Shown piece by piece: positions 18,330 to 27,304 of a stretch of 64,000 nucleotides of DNA (position 1 is its first letter; every line of letters begins with the position of its first letter). The position numbers were made by a program, and so were the translations under genes. The notes under the pieces are model-generated. The model worked only from the letters and a program-made list of their open reading frames with translations. It did not search any database and was not told the origin of the DNA. Location of the stretch: sequence record NC_042081.1, one strand, 5' to 3'.

Positions 18330-18761
18330 TTAGTTCACACCATTTAAACGCTCCCAGTCATCTAGAGTTGCACGAGCATCAAATAGTGCGTTGTGAAGCA
18401 TTTTAGAACCTTTTCCACTTAGCTCATGATTTAATTCAAATATAGTTGGTAACTCAACAACTTGTTTACCTTTACCCATATCCATAGCTTTACCAGTGTA
18501 AACCATATCGTTAACATGATTAGCTATAAAATGTAATCGAGCAAACTGACCAAGAAACTTGGCTAGTCTATCATGGAATTCTTCTAAAGAGATTGGTTCT
18601 TTTTGAAGAATAGGAATAACGTTTTCTTTAACCCATTCATCTTCAATATTGTCATATGGTAGAACTTCGTAGAATTCACAACGTCGATCTTCACTAACAA
18701 TACCGAGTGAAATAAGAGTACCAGTAGGCGTATCAAATTCTGTATCAACAAAAAGTAACAT
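18330..18761 (-). CDS. DEDDh 3'-5' exonuclease (Rv2179c-like exoribonuclease)
   Basis: FVDTEF, LISLGIVSED and HNALFDAR motifs. Confidence 0.88.
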   Translation of the reverse strand: MLLFVDTEFDTPTGTLISLGIVSEDRRCEFYEVLPYDNIEDEWVKENVIPILQKEPISLEEFHDRLAKFLGQFARLHFIANHVNDMVYTGKAMDMGKGKQVVELPTIFELNHELSGKGSKMLHNALFDARATLDDWERLNGVN

Positions 18762-18817
18762 AGTAGTTTTCCTTGTACGAAAGTCTTATCATAACAATAA
18801 TGCACTTACGTCAAAAA

Positions 18818-18840
18818 GAGAGAACCATCATGGTTCTCTC
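18818..18840 (-). terminator. Intrinsic terminator hairpin
   Basis: gagagaacca-tca-tggttctctc. Confidence 0.7.
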
Positions 18841-18851
18841 CTATAAAAGTA

Positions 18852-19340
18852 TTAGACTTTTAGTCCACGAATATTGAAGATTATTTGACAAGCTGCAATT
18901 ATTCTATTTCTAGAAATCTTTACAGGAATTTTATAGTGATTGAGTACAGCTTTAGGATTCTCAACACTCATCAATTCTTTAAGTAATTCGTCGCTAATTT
19001 TATTATGTGTTAGGACAAAGGTTGCGACATCGTGGTCCCAGCATCGTTTTATTGCACTACAAGCACGAATATACTTCTCGGCTAATTCGGGGCTAAAATC
19101 TAATGCTTCTAGCCATTTCTTACGACCAGCAGTGTAAATCACTCGTGTACGAGTATTCGATGGGACAGCTACAATATAACCTGTACCTGGTGTCCTACGC
19201 TCTTCAATGGGTCTGATGTTCCAATCACCAATCATCCTAATTAATGTAGATAGATCATCATTAGCACCATAGTAACCAATAGGTAAACCTAAACTCACTT
19301 GTGTATCTATCTGGTCTACAGTTTGATGTGTAATAACCAT
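18852..19340 (-). CDS. Hypothetical protein (162 aa)
   Basis: ORF track; GAAGAG RBS. Confidence 0.8.
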   Translation of the reverse strand: MVITHQTVDQIDTQVSLGLPIGYYGANDDLSTLIRMIGDWNIRPIEERRTPGTGYIVAVPSNTRTRVIYTAGRKKWLEALDFSPELAEKYIRACSAIKRCWDHDVATFVLTHNKISDELLKELMSVENPKAVLNHYKIPVKISRNRIIAACQIIFNIRGLKV

Positions 19341-19412
19341 TGTAGTTCTCTTCCCAATAGGGTTTTATAAACTTCCACAAGACTAAACTCCATTATAGCC
19401 CTATCAGATTGG

Positions 19413-19429
19413 GTAATAAAACTTAACAA
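19413..19429 (-). promoter_or_regulatory. Possible early promoter variant
   Basis: TTGTTAAGTTTTATTAC, placed just after a terminator. Confidence 0.4.
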
Positions 19430-19449
19430 AAAAAAATATTAAACATAAA

Positions 19450-19471
19450 ACCCTCTCCCGAAGGAGAGGGT
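19450..19471 (-). terminator. Terminator with UUCG tetraloop
   Basis: Minus strand accctctcc-ttcg-ggagagggt. Confidence 0.85.
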
Positions 19472-19482
19472 AATATATAACT

Positions 19483-19845
19483 TTATCCATACATTACGAA
19501 AGGTACTTCGTAAACAATTAGATAAGTATACATCAGTTTAAAACCAATGTGTAACCACTGATCTTGATTAAATGTAATTTTATTATCACATTTTAAATAA
19601 TCAATAATGCAATGAGCAATTGCTTCAATAAGTCCTAAAACTAATGAACCAGTGATGAAATAAACTGCACCGCCATGCATAAAACTATGCGCGGGTAATA
19701 CCCATTTCCAGTATAGCGAACCTAGTTCAGTAGTATGATTTTTAGCCTTTGCAATGAAATCATTTTGCAATGAAAAATCAAAGATGAAGTGTGCCACAAT
19801 TAAACCAAAGAATAATGCCATTGAGCTGACACTGATTAATTCCAT
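19483..19845 (-). CDS. DUF3307 family membrane protein
   Basis: AHFIFDF.LQ, HSFMH and HCIID His/Asp motifs in TM helices. Confidence 0.88.
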   Translation of the reverse strand: MELISVSSMALFFGLIVAHFIFDFSLQNDFIAKAKNHTTELGSLYWKWVLPAHSFMHGGAVYFITGSLVLGLIEAIAHCIIDYLKCDNKITFNQDQWLHIGFKLMYTYLIVYEVPFVMYG

Positions 19846-19856
19846 TTTATTTCCGC

Positions 19857-20219
19857 CTAGAAAGGTATTTCATCTTCAACAATGTGTGAATAGTCGATAT
19901 TATGTTTTTTACATAATTCTTTAAACTTATTTAATTTAGTTTCAGTTTCTAATAGATCAGAATGTAACTTTGTCTTATAGTTTTTTCCGAAGTCAGCTGG
20001 GTTGAATACGGAATTGTAATAAGCATGTATCTCAGAATATTCTTTCTTTATAAAATCAATAAATTTTGGATCATTGCCGTCGCCAAGATAACTAATTAAA
20101 TGACCTAGATCATAATTCTGTCGTCTAGCTGCTTTTAATATAAGTTCATTAATCTCAATTAATTCAGACGTATTACACCGCCTTCTTTTAAAATATCGGA
20201 TAACTTTATTAAATAGCAT
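19857..20219 (-). CDS. Hypothetical protein (120 aa)
   Basis: ORF track; tight operon spacing. Confidence 0.75.
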   Translation of the reverse strand: MLFNKVIRYFKRRRCNTSELIEINELILKAARRQNYDLGHLISYLGDGNDPKFIDFIKKEYSEIHAYYNSVFNPADFGKNYKTKLHSDLLETETKLNKFKELCKKHNIDYSHIVEDEIPF

Positions 20220-20220
20220 A

Positions 20221-20595
20221 TTAAGTAATCCCTAGCCATTGTAAATATCCACTATCACTTAATCCACGATAATAATCATCTTTATTTTTACATAAATAAC
20301 AATAAACTATTTTACCCATTAATTGATAACTAGTTTCATTATCAAAGGTAAATTCTTTTTCTAATCTATTATTACTATCCACTAATGAGATTACTACATT
20401 ACCGTAACGTACTGTTAATTTCACAGTTCTAGTGGAATCAGCATCATGAAAGATATAAGTCAACCCATAATTCAATTCATTATTTAATACTTGAATACTA
20501 GTAGACCTATCAGATTTAATCTGAAGTGGATGTTCGACAATCGCCTTGAATGCTTTATTGCATAAGAGAATGTTTTGTATTTTTAATGAATCCAT
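20221..20595 (-). CDS. Hypothetical protein (124 aa)
   Basis: ORF track; AGGT RBS. Confidence 0.75.
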   Translation of the reverse strand: MDSLKIQNILLCNKAFKAIVEHPLQIKSDRSTSIQVLNNELNYGLTYIFHDADSTRTVKLTVRYGNVVISLVDSNNRLEKEFTFDNETSYQLMGKIVYCYLCKNKDDYYRGLSDSGYLQWLGIT

Positions 20596-20744
20596 GACAT
20601 TACCTGATTTAGTATTTATAATTTACCTATATCGAATTAGAATTAGGTAATAGTGGGTTGACTCAGTAGTCTTCAATCTAATCAGATCAGTGTTTAGACT
20701 GAGATTGAGTATTAAGCTGTAGTGACACTTTAATCAATGACGTA

Positions 20745-21101
20745 TTATGGATTCCCGGCAAGCCAGTTTACTGCACATGTTGCTGCTTCATCAAATTGAT
20801 TCAATGAGAATTTGGTTATCCGAACAGCCTGTGCCATATTAAGAACTTTAAATTCACTATCACCAGACTCAATATAAGATATCATGGCATGATGATCATT
20901 ACTAGTATCATAAACTGCAATGCGGATATCCTTGCCCCTTTCAACCACATATGCGATAGATCGTTTTGTTACAGGGTTATCGATGACATTAACTGTTTCA
21001 CGTAATGTAGCGTCAATCTGGGATGCATTAATATGGGTACTAATAGCATTCAGCAAATAATGCTCAATCTGTCGCCCTGTTTCAAGAGTTAGAGAACCCA
21101 T
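20745..21101 (-). CDS. Hypothetical protein (118 aa)
   Basis: AAGGAG RBS. Confidence 0.85.
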   Translation of the reverse strand: MGSLTLETGRQIEHYLLNAISTHINASQIDATLRETVNVIDNPVTKRSIAYVVERGKDIRIAVYDTSNDHHAMISYIESGDSEFKVLNMAQAVRITKFSLNQFDEAATCAVNWLAGNP

Positions 21102-21113
21102 TGTAATCTCCTT

Positions 21114-21476
21114 TTAGAATCCAATATAATCTAGGAACCCATGGTAATCGAATGTTCGTGTTGGGATACTTGTATCCGAAAAGAACGTATTTATTTGTTT
21201 AGCTAATTCAGTATGGTGATGTGAATTATCTTTGTTAATCTTAGTAACCACTTTCTCATCAAAGAAATAGGTTACGCACATATTTAGTGGTTTATCTATA
21301 TTGATTTCAACAACTACCTTACGAACCGTATCCTCAGACAAGAGTGTACACTTAGCGCCCCACGGTGAAACCTCTATTTTAATATCTACATGAGGCTTGA
21401 GGTTATCATGATATTTCGTGAGTTCCTTCAATACATCATCCATCGTTTGGATGAGCTTTATATTGGTAATATTCAT
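21114..21476 (-). CDS. Hypothetical protein (120 aa)
   Basis: GAGGGG RBS; 1-nt overlap with the upstream gene. Confidence 0.8.
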   Translation of the reverse strand: MNITNIKLIQTMDDVLKELTKYHDNLKPHVDIKIEVSPWGAKCTLLSEDTVRKVVVEINIDKPLNMCVTYFFDEKVVTKINKDNSHHHTELAKQINTFFSDTSIPTRTFDYHGFLDYIGF

Positions 21477-22213
21477 TATAACCCCTCATAAATATCCTTT
21501 CGTTTTGGATTTATGCCTGCAACCTTGCCTTTACTATTATCGATGTAACAAAGGTATTCATCACAAATGGTAGTCTTTACAAAAGGAATCAATTGGTTTA
21601 GTTCCAATAGAGTGTACTCTTTACCCAAATATTTACACATCTGGGTCAATGGACTACACATCACATTATAAATTCCCTTAGTATTTTTTAGAGAGAGGTA
21701 TTCGCCATCAATATCTCTATCATTATTTATCATGTAAATATCACGAATAGGATAATTATCTTTTAATGGTCCGTTACCAAACTTAACACCATGTACACCA
21801 TTGGGTCCATTTAGTAGATAATAACCAGTTGGCACAGACCAATATGTGGTGCCTTTAAATCCTGAAAGTAAACCATACGGCTCATGATAATCAGAAGTAA
21901 AGCATTGTTCATCATTACAGATGACTTCTTGATACATCGAATAATTAACAAGAATCTGTTTAGTTGGATCACTTGGTTTAACTAATGGAATAACTGAATA
22001 TTCTGGATAACTAGTCCATCCGCAACTACCAAGTCCAGATTGTTGGTCGAAGTTACATGGAGCAATTCGCGGAGTATGATTAGAGTAGAATAGTGGTACA
22101 CCATAAAAAGCAAGTGGTTCGTAATTAACACTAGCTTTAGTACACATGCCGATACTAATCAGAAATACCGCACAAAATACACGCATCGATAATTTAAACA
22201 TCAGTGCATCCAC
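21476..22213 (-). CDS. Exported or membrane-anchored Cys-rich protein (245 aa)
   Basis: N-terminal hydrophobic segment; many paired Cys; internal ICxxxxC repeat. Confidence 0.8.
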   Translation of the reverse strand: MDALMFKLSMRVFCAVFLISIGMCTKASVNYEPLAFYGVPLFYSNHTPRIAPCNFDQQSGLGSCGWTSYPEYSVIPLVKPSDPTKQILVNYSMYQEVICNDEQCFTSDYHEPYGLLSGFKGTTYWSVPTGYYLLNGPNGVHGVKFGNGPLKDNYPIRDIYMINNDRDIDGEYLSLKNTKGIYNVMCSPLTQMCKYLGKEYTLLELNQLIPFVKTTICDEYLCYIDNSKGKVAGINPKRKDIYEGL

Positions 22214-22985
22214 CCTCGGTTTCCTTAATTGCCAATTTTACTAATACATTAACCCATGCACCTTCATCGAGCAGCCAACCAGCAGCGCCTGTACCATGCT
22301 CGGCAAATCCAAGACTATCTAGATAATGTAGCATGAATGTAGTTGGACCAAACCCATATTTCTTATTACATTCATTACGTTTAGAAGTATTCCGACCTTG
22401 GCGATATATATCCAATACATCATCAATATAACGCAACTCCGCTTCTGGATAACCACAGCCACACAGGTTAAATAATTTGCGTGTAATGGTATTGTATGTA
22501 TCACTATATTCTTTTTCATTATAATCAATGAAAGAGCCTACCCGTTTGAATAGTTGCTTATCGGATGCTAAATCATCAAAATGACCAGGGTAATCTTGAG
22601 ATGGAAGTGCACCTAGCGCCATTAGTATAATAACGCGCGGGTCTTTACGTTCAACTGATTCAATGAGTACTTCAAAGTTAAGTTCTCGTTGCACCACATT
22701 GTTATTGCTGTTGATATTATTCAGCAGAATGTCCATAGCTTCTTGACCATGCCAACTACGGATGTTAGGTTGGTTATTAGTATAACCAGTAATGGTCAAT
22801 TGGTTAGCTGTATTTGATTCACCAACAGTAACATGTAGGTAATAAGGACATTGTTCTAATTTCTTAGTAATGCCAGTTGAAGATTTATTACCCTCAAGTA
22901 GTCCAATATCGCCATGACCGATATACAAACAGATACCTTCAGTAGAAGGTTGAGTGGTGTAGTTAAAGTTCAAGGATTTAAACAT
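22194..22985 (-). CDS. Hypothetical protein (263 aa) with a C-terminal winged-helix-like motif
   Basis: LDSLGFAEHG...GWLLDEG pattern. Confidence 0.8.
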   Translation of the reverse strand: MFKSLNFNYTTQPSTEGICLYIGHGDIGLLEGNKSSTGITKKLEQCPYYLHVTVGESNTANQLTITGYTNNQPNIRSWHGQEAMDILLNNINSNNNVVQRELNFEVLIESVERKDPRVIILMALGALPSQDYPGHFDDLASDKQLFKRVGSFIDYNEKEYSDTYNTITRKLFNLCGCGYPEAELRYIDDVLDIYRQGRNTSKRNECNKKYGFGPTTFMLHYLDSLGFAEHGTGAAGWLLDEGAWVNVLVKLAIKETEGGCTDV

Positions 22986-23012
22986 ACTCTTTCCTCTATT
23001 ATAAATGATTAG

Positions 23013-23453
23013 CTATTTACCGTTTATATAAAGATTAAATGGACATTGACACATGAATTCCGCATTTAGAATACTTTCGATATTGTAACTAATTGATTTA
23101 TCAGTGATGATGTTGATATCTAAATGCCATGTCTTAGTATTTTGAGTAACTAACCTGTATTCAATGTCAATACTAAAACCTGGTGCATCAACTGGATCAT
23201 CATCTCCTTCATTCTGATGGATAAAGTATGAAGATAAAGTATACCTGGCTTTAATATATTCATCTGGTTTTATAACTTTTAAAGGGGCATTGATATGTGA
23301 AATAAAACCATGATAATTAAATTCTTTATCCCTAATATCGATAACTTTAGGAGTAACCGATACATAGGCTGGCCATTGTGGTAGATCTAGTTCACCATGT
23401 TTAGATTGGTCTTTATCGATAATGTGAAAAGCTCTAACAATTCTATTGAACAC
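23013..23453 (-). CDS. Hypothetical protein (146 aa, GTG start)
   Basis: ORF track; AAGG RBS. Confidence 0.7.
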   Translation of the reverse strand: MFNRIVRAFHIIDKDQSKHGELDLPQWPAYVSVTPKVIDIRDKEFNYHGFISHINAPLKVIKPDEYIKARYTLSSYFIHQNEGDDDPVDAPGFSIDIEYRLVTQNTKTWHLDINIITDKSISYNIESILNAEFMCQCPFNLYINGK

Positions 23454-23486
23454 TTGATATACCTTTTAACAAAAAAATTATAAAGA

Positions 23487-23509
23487 AGAGTCCCCGTAAT
23501 GGGGACTCT
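23487..23509 (-). terminator. Intrinsic terminator hairpin
   Basis: agagtcccc-gtaat-ggggactct. Confidence 0.8.
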
Positions 23510-23522
23510 ATTATATCGTATT

Positions 23523-23774
23523 TTATTTTTTATCGCGATTAGATGGTGCTAGTTTATAAAACTTCCGGAATTTATTAATAGACAATGTAAATGAATCTTC
23601 CCTACCATCCGGATAACCAAGATAAACATCTCGGCGAGAGAGTTTAATTAGCTTATGCGCTGTAGACACGCCATTTCGTTCGACTAGAAAAGTACGACCA
23701 ATATAATCTTCTAGGTTATCTAGATTAGTTGCAGGGATGTATTTAGATTCTTTCAGAGTCAGGGTAGTGCTCAT
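23523..23774 (-). CDS. Small SH3/KOW-like hypothetical protein (83 aa)
   Basis: ORF track; beta-strand pattern. Confidence 0.7.
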   Translation of the reverse strand: MSTTLTLKESKYIPATNLDNLEDYIGRTFLVERNGVSTAHKLIKLSRRDVYLGYPDGREDSFTLSINKFRKFYKLAPSNRDKK

Positions 23775-23811
23775 TTAATTTCTTCACCAATTACGAAATA
23801 ATAAATTAATT

Positions 23812-24870
23812 TTATTTCCAGAGTGTTTTACCAATTAGATCATTTTCTGCAATGAATGCATCTAATTGATGTCCATAGTAAAGTAAACTATGAATTTGTT
23901 GATTTAGACGTTCTTTATTTGAACCTAAGAACATCTTGTGCTTTTCACTATCAGGTAGCTGATCGTAAACTCGTTGGCAGTACTTCTGTGCCACAACCTT
24001 ACCAGATGCAAGGAAACGATCATCACCTTCGAATAACTGAGGGATAATATTTTCATCAAGATACTTACTGATTTCAGCATCTAGATCAAAATTAATAGTG
24101 TCATCGGTTGTTGCGACAGTATCTTCTTGCTGTTCATCATTCCATGGTATTTCAGAACTTACACTATCATCAAACTGATCACTAGTTGTAGTTTTAGCTA
24201 GTTGTTCATCAAATGATGATTGTTTATTTTTCTGTTTATCACGCAGGAAAATAATTGATTCAACAATCTCATTAACAATGATGTCTAGATCGCGATTGGT
24301 ATCTACAACAATTGAACTAGGTTGATTAATTAAGCGTCCATAACCTTCATCTACTTTATTAAAGTAACTGGAACCCTTAGACTCATAATAGTCAAGACCT
24401 CGGTCGCGCATTTCAATTCGTTTTTTACGAACTTCTTCAGGAGCAGTTAAAAAGAAAGTAGCCGGTTCTGGAATAGAATGTAGTGTTCCTTGAAGAATAT
24501 CCATAAATAGTTTTGATAGGTATGGATTAGTTTCTTCAAAAGGTACTACATTAAGAGCATAAGTAGATGCAATGAAACGTTCAGTGATAACGATTTTATC
24601 ATCTTTTAAAGCAGGTCGAATAATGTTTTCTACATTAAGCATCCTACCTGCACTATGCATCAATACATCGAATTCTGGCGGACGAACTTCATCTTTAAAT
24701 TCTGGCCAAATTAACATTTGTCGAATCTTTTCCGATGTAGCTGTACCACCTGGTTCACGCATTGCTACTACATCGTAATTGCGCTTACGTAGTTCCTCAA
24801 CAACCATCTTTGTAACAGTTGTTTTACCAACACCTTCAGTTCCTTCGATACATACAAATAAACCATTCAT
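23812..24870 (-). CDS. tmk: Thymidylate kinase with an acidic C-terminal extension (gp188-like)
   Basis: IEGTEGVGKTT, REPGG, ERFIAST motifs; about 140 extra residues. Confidence 0.95.
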   Translation of the reverse strand: MNGLFVCIEGTEGVGKTTVTKMVVEELRKRNYDVVAMREPGGTATSEKIRQMLIWPEFKDEVRPPEFDVLMHSAGRMLNVENIIRPALKDDKIVITERFIASTYALNVVPFEETNPYLSKLFMDILQGTLHSIPEPATFFLTAPEEVRKKRIEMRDRGLDYYESKGSSYFNKVDEGYGRLINQPSSIVVDTNRDLDIIVNEIVESIIFLRDKQKNKQSSFDEQLAKTTTSDQFDDSVSSEIPWNDEQQEDTVATTDDTINFDLDAEISKYLDENIIPQLFEGDDRFLASGKVVAQKYCQRVYDQLPDSEKHKMFLGSNKERLNQQIHSLLYYGHQLDAFIAENDLIGKTLWK

Positions 24871-24872
24871 TA

Positions 24873-25202
24873 CTAATCCCTCATCTTAAGTTTAATTACT
24901 GCTTCAACATTATCTTCTAAATCTTGTTGCGATAATTCTAATGAAGCTCTATAACCTAAGCTATATAGAACATCAACTAATACATCAATGCTTAAAGCTG
25001 GTAAATTAAACATTTTAATATTCTCACTAAGTTCATCAGAGATGCCTAGTTTAGTGAAAACATCATCAATCAATACTTTTTGAGAAATGGCTTTTTGACG
25101 GGCAGTTTGTACAATTGCAATAACTAGATTATATTTGATATTGTCAGAATGTGATTTTTTATTATCACCATGAACTTCTTTAAATAAATTCTGATCCGCC
25201 AT
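24873..25202 (-). CDS. XRE/HigA2-like HTH protein (degenerate)
   Basis: LGIS...LSIDVLVDVLYSLGY pattern. Confidence 0.6.
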   Translation of the reverse strand: MADQNLFKEVHGDNKKSHSDNIKYNLVIAIVQTARQKAISQKVLIDDVFTKLGISDELSENIKMFNLPALSIDVLVDVLYSLGYRASLELSQQDLEDNVEAVIKLKMRD

Positions 25203-25271
25203 AATACTCAGTTCCTTAAATTATTAAAATGTACTATTTAGCCATTAAACTTTTTTAATATAAAAAATGAC

Positions 25272-25292
25272 CAGTGGGCAATGCACCCACTG
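25272..25292 (-). terminator. Intrinsic terminator hairpin
   Basis: cagtggg-caatgca-cccactg. Confidence 0.65.
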
Positions 25293-25322
25293 ATCTTATT
25301 ATATTGAAATAGCTAGTATATA

Positions 25323-25727
25323 TTAGCTATTGACATCTTCAAAGAAGCTGGCTACACTTTCAACAACGTCAGTCATAGCGCTACTCTTATATTTGGTATC
25401 TACAACTGTTACAAGAGCACCACTGCGATCAATGATACCAGAAACAGTTGCACCGCCTGCATTATAAGAATAACCAAGCTCAGCAATGCTTTCATTTTCT
25501 TTCATGTACGGTGCGGCTTTTTCAGCAAATACATAACTTACAGCCGCTGCTAGTTGACCTGCACCTTCATGTACCTGCGCATACTGCTCGGCAGTAACGC
25601 CTGCCGGTTGTAGAACAACTTCTTCAAATAGACCATCCGGGATTTCGAATACCCCGGCATCGGACATGCTTACTTTTTCATTTAGGTTGTGGGTTTCGAT
25701 AAACTTCTTGGTGGTTTCGATGGACAT
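25323..25727 (-). CDS. Acidic hypothetical protein (134 aa)
   Basis: GAGAG RBS; visibly more GC-rich codon use than its neighbours. Confidence 0.85.
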   Translation of the reverse strand: MSIETTKKFIETHNLNEKVSMSDAGVFEIPDGLFEEVVLQPAGVTAEQYAQVHEGAGQLAAAVSYVFAEKAAPYMKENESIAELGYSYNAGGATVSGIIDRSGALVTVVDTKYKSSAMTDVVESVASFFEDVNS

Positions 25728-25757
25728 TTTAGTACTCTCTCTATTTAGGGTGGTGGT

Positions 25758-26054
25758 TTAATTTACATCTTTCATTACAAAGCAACTACCATCATTAAAG
25801 ACAATCTTAATTAGATTGTCAGTTAATGGTCGTTTATATACAACACATTTTACATCGGGGAGTTTAACTACTTCTTTTAAAGCATCTGGCATACCAATTA
25901 GATTAATGGTAGCTGCTACTTTATTTAGTGTGTCAAGATGTGAAATCAGCTCATGTGCTGACTTAACCAAATCTACCATTGTTTTGTCTTTATCTACCAT
26001 GCTAGTTACTCGATTTGATATATGAGGTACATACATCGCCAAAGTCTTCACCAC
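25758..26054 (-). CDS. Hypothetical protein (98 aa)
   Basis: ORF track; overlaps the upstream gene. Confidence 0.65.
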   Translation of the reverse strand: MVKTLAMYVPHISNRVTSMVDKDKTMVDLVKSAHELISHLDTLNKVAATINLIGMPDALKEVVKLPDVKCVVYKRPLTDNLIKIVFNDGSCFVMKDVN

Positions 26055-26496
26055 TAGTATCAGCTACAATTGCAACTGGAGACCATCGAGCGGCGACAGC
26101 CTCACATACACCGATCGAATTCACTCTACGGATCATATGTGCACCAGTATCAATTACACTGAAACTGAGTTCACTAATAATTTCCACTCCTTTTAGTTTA
26201 TCGATACTATCAATAACCTGCGTACTAATTAGATAATTAGCTGTATCGTTATTATACGCAAGCACTAGTTTGAAACTCATTAGGGAGTTATCTTTATCGG
26301 TGTCCCCAGCGATTAACTCATGATTTGAAGTGAGTGTATAGATACAACTACTCTCCTGAGCAGTAATTGGTGATCCTGGTGAAGAACTATATACACTAGG
26401 TGCATTAGCTGTATTTAGTGCAAACTTATTTACAGTGGAATTAGCGCTAGGAACTTTATAACCAATAGGTCTGGCAGTGAAAATTACAACGCTCAT
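26002..26496 (-). CDS. Hypothetical early protein (164 aa)
   Basis: GAGG RBS; early promoter upstream. Confidence 0.8.
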   Translation of the reverse strand: MSVVIFTARPIGYKVPSANSTVNKFALNTANAPSVYSSSPGSPITAQESSCIYTLTSNHELIAGDTDKDNSLMSFKLVLAYNNDTANYLISTQVIDSIDKLKGVEIISELSFSVIDTGAHMIRRVNSIGVCEAVAARWSPVAIVADTSGEDFGDVCTSYIKSSN

Positions 26497-26541
26497 TGTG
26501 ATTCCTCTTTACTAGATAGATGGTTTCCTAATTACACACTA

Positions 26542-26558
26542 GTAATATAAATCTCAAA
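26542..26558 (-). promoter_or_regulatory. Early (virion RNAP) promoter
   Basis: TTTGAGATTTATATTAC. Confidence 0.8.
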
Positions 26559-26574
26559 TTTTTTTTAATACGAA

Positions 26575-26604
26575 ATAAAGCCTCCCCGAAGGGAGGCATT
26601 TATG
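26575..26604 (-). terminator. Terminator with UUCG tetraloop ending the gp182-183-184 run
   Basis: Minus strand gcctccc-ttcg-gggaggc. Confidence 0.85.
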
Positions 26605-27297
26605 TCAATTACCACTATAGGTACCTTCAGTACCTTGTTCTTTACGTCTTACGAGGCGTTGATGAATTGCACTAAGAGCACGGTCCATTGAATTAATCAC
26701 TACCTGATTCTCTTCACATGCAAATGGGCCTGCTTGATAACCTTCAAATAAATCTTTAACGATTTTAAGTAGACAGTCAGCAGTTAGGCCATTTACACCA
26801 ACTTCTGGAACAAGTCCATTCTGCATTAGGATAACACATTCAGTCAGATTATCACCAGGCATAGCAGCTGGGTTAGTCTGAGCATTATAACCAGTTACCA
26901 CATAACGTTTAGTTGCACCTGATTTCTGATCAATACCACTTGCTTCAATATTTAGACCATTTTCATCAAAATGTTCATGGCCATAAATACCTTGCATAGT
27001 TACCCATCCACCATCTTCTTGATAAATCCAATCTACCCCATTTACATGATAAGTATCACCTGGTTCAGGGTCAGTTGGAAGATCTTTAGTAGTGGTTAAT
27101 GCACGGATACGCGCATATTCTTCAATTGCAATTTGTACATCAGTTGCAGTAATTTTCTTCTCAGGTTCAGTAGCTTCATCTTGTTGAGACTTATCGCTAC
27201 CTTCCTTTTGATCATTATCCATATCGGAAGAATCTACTGTACTTTTAGCTTCTTTACTTTCTAAGGAAGCTAACCACTCAAGATTAGGTTTAGACAT
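26605..27297 (-). CDS. tad1: Tad1-family cyclic-nucleotide sponge (anti-Thoeris/anti-CBASS) with a long N-terminal extension, gp184-like (230 aa)
   Basis: C-terminal MQNG..GVNG..LLKIVKD..YQAGPFACEEN..RAL..R..R..GTEGT aligns with the Tad1 consensus as recalled; GAGG RBS supports ATG at 27297. Confidence 0.82.
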   Translation of the reverse strand: MSKPNLEWLASLESKEAKSTVDSSDMDNDQKEGSDKSQQDEATEPEKKITATDVQIAIEEYARIRALTTTKDLPTDPEPGDTYHVNGVDWIYQEDGGWVTMQGIYGHEHFDENGLNIEASGIDQKSGATKRYVVTGYNAQTNPAAMPGDNLTECVILMQNGLVPEVGVNGLTADCLLKIVKDLFEGYQAGPFACEENQVVINSMDRALSAIHQRLVRRKEQGTEGTYSGN

Positions 27298-27304
27298 ACT
27301 TACC

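Noticed and set aside
19470-19477. Perfect TATATTAC on the minus strand
   Set aside because: It lies in the flank of a terminator, lacks the upstream AGAT element and would fire straight into the hairpin
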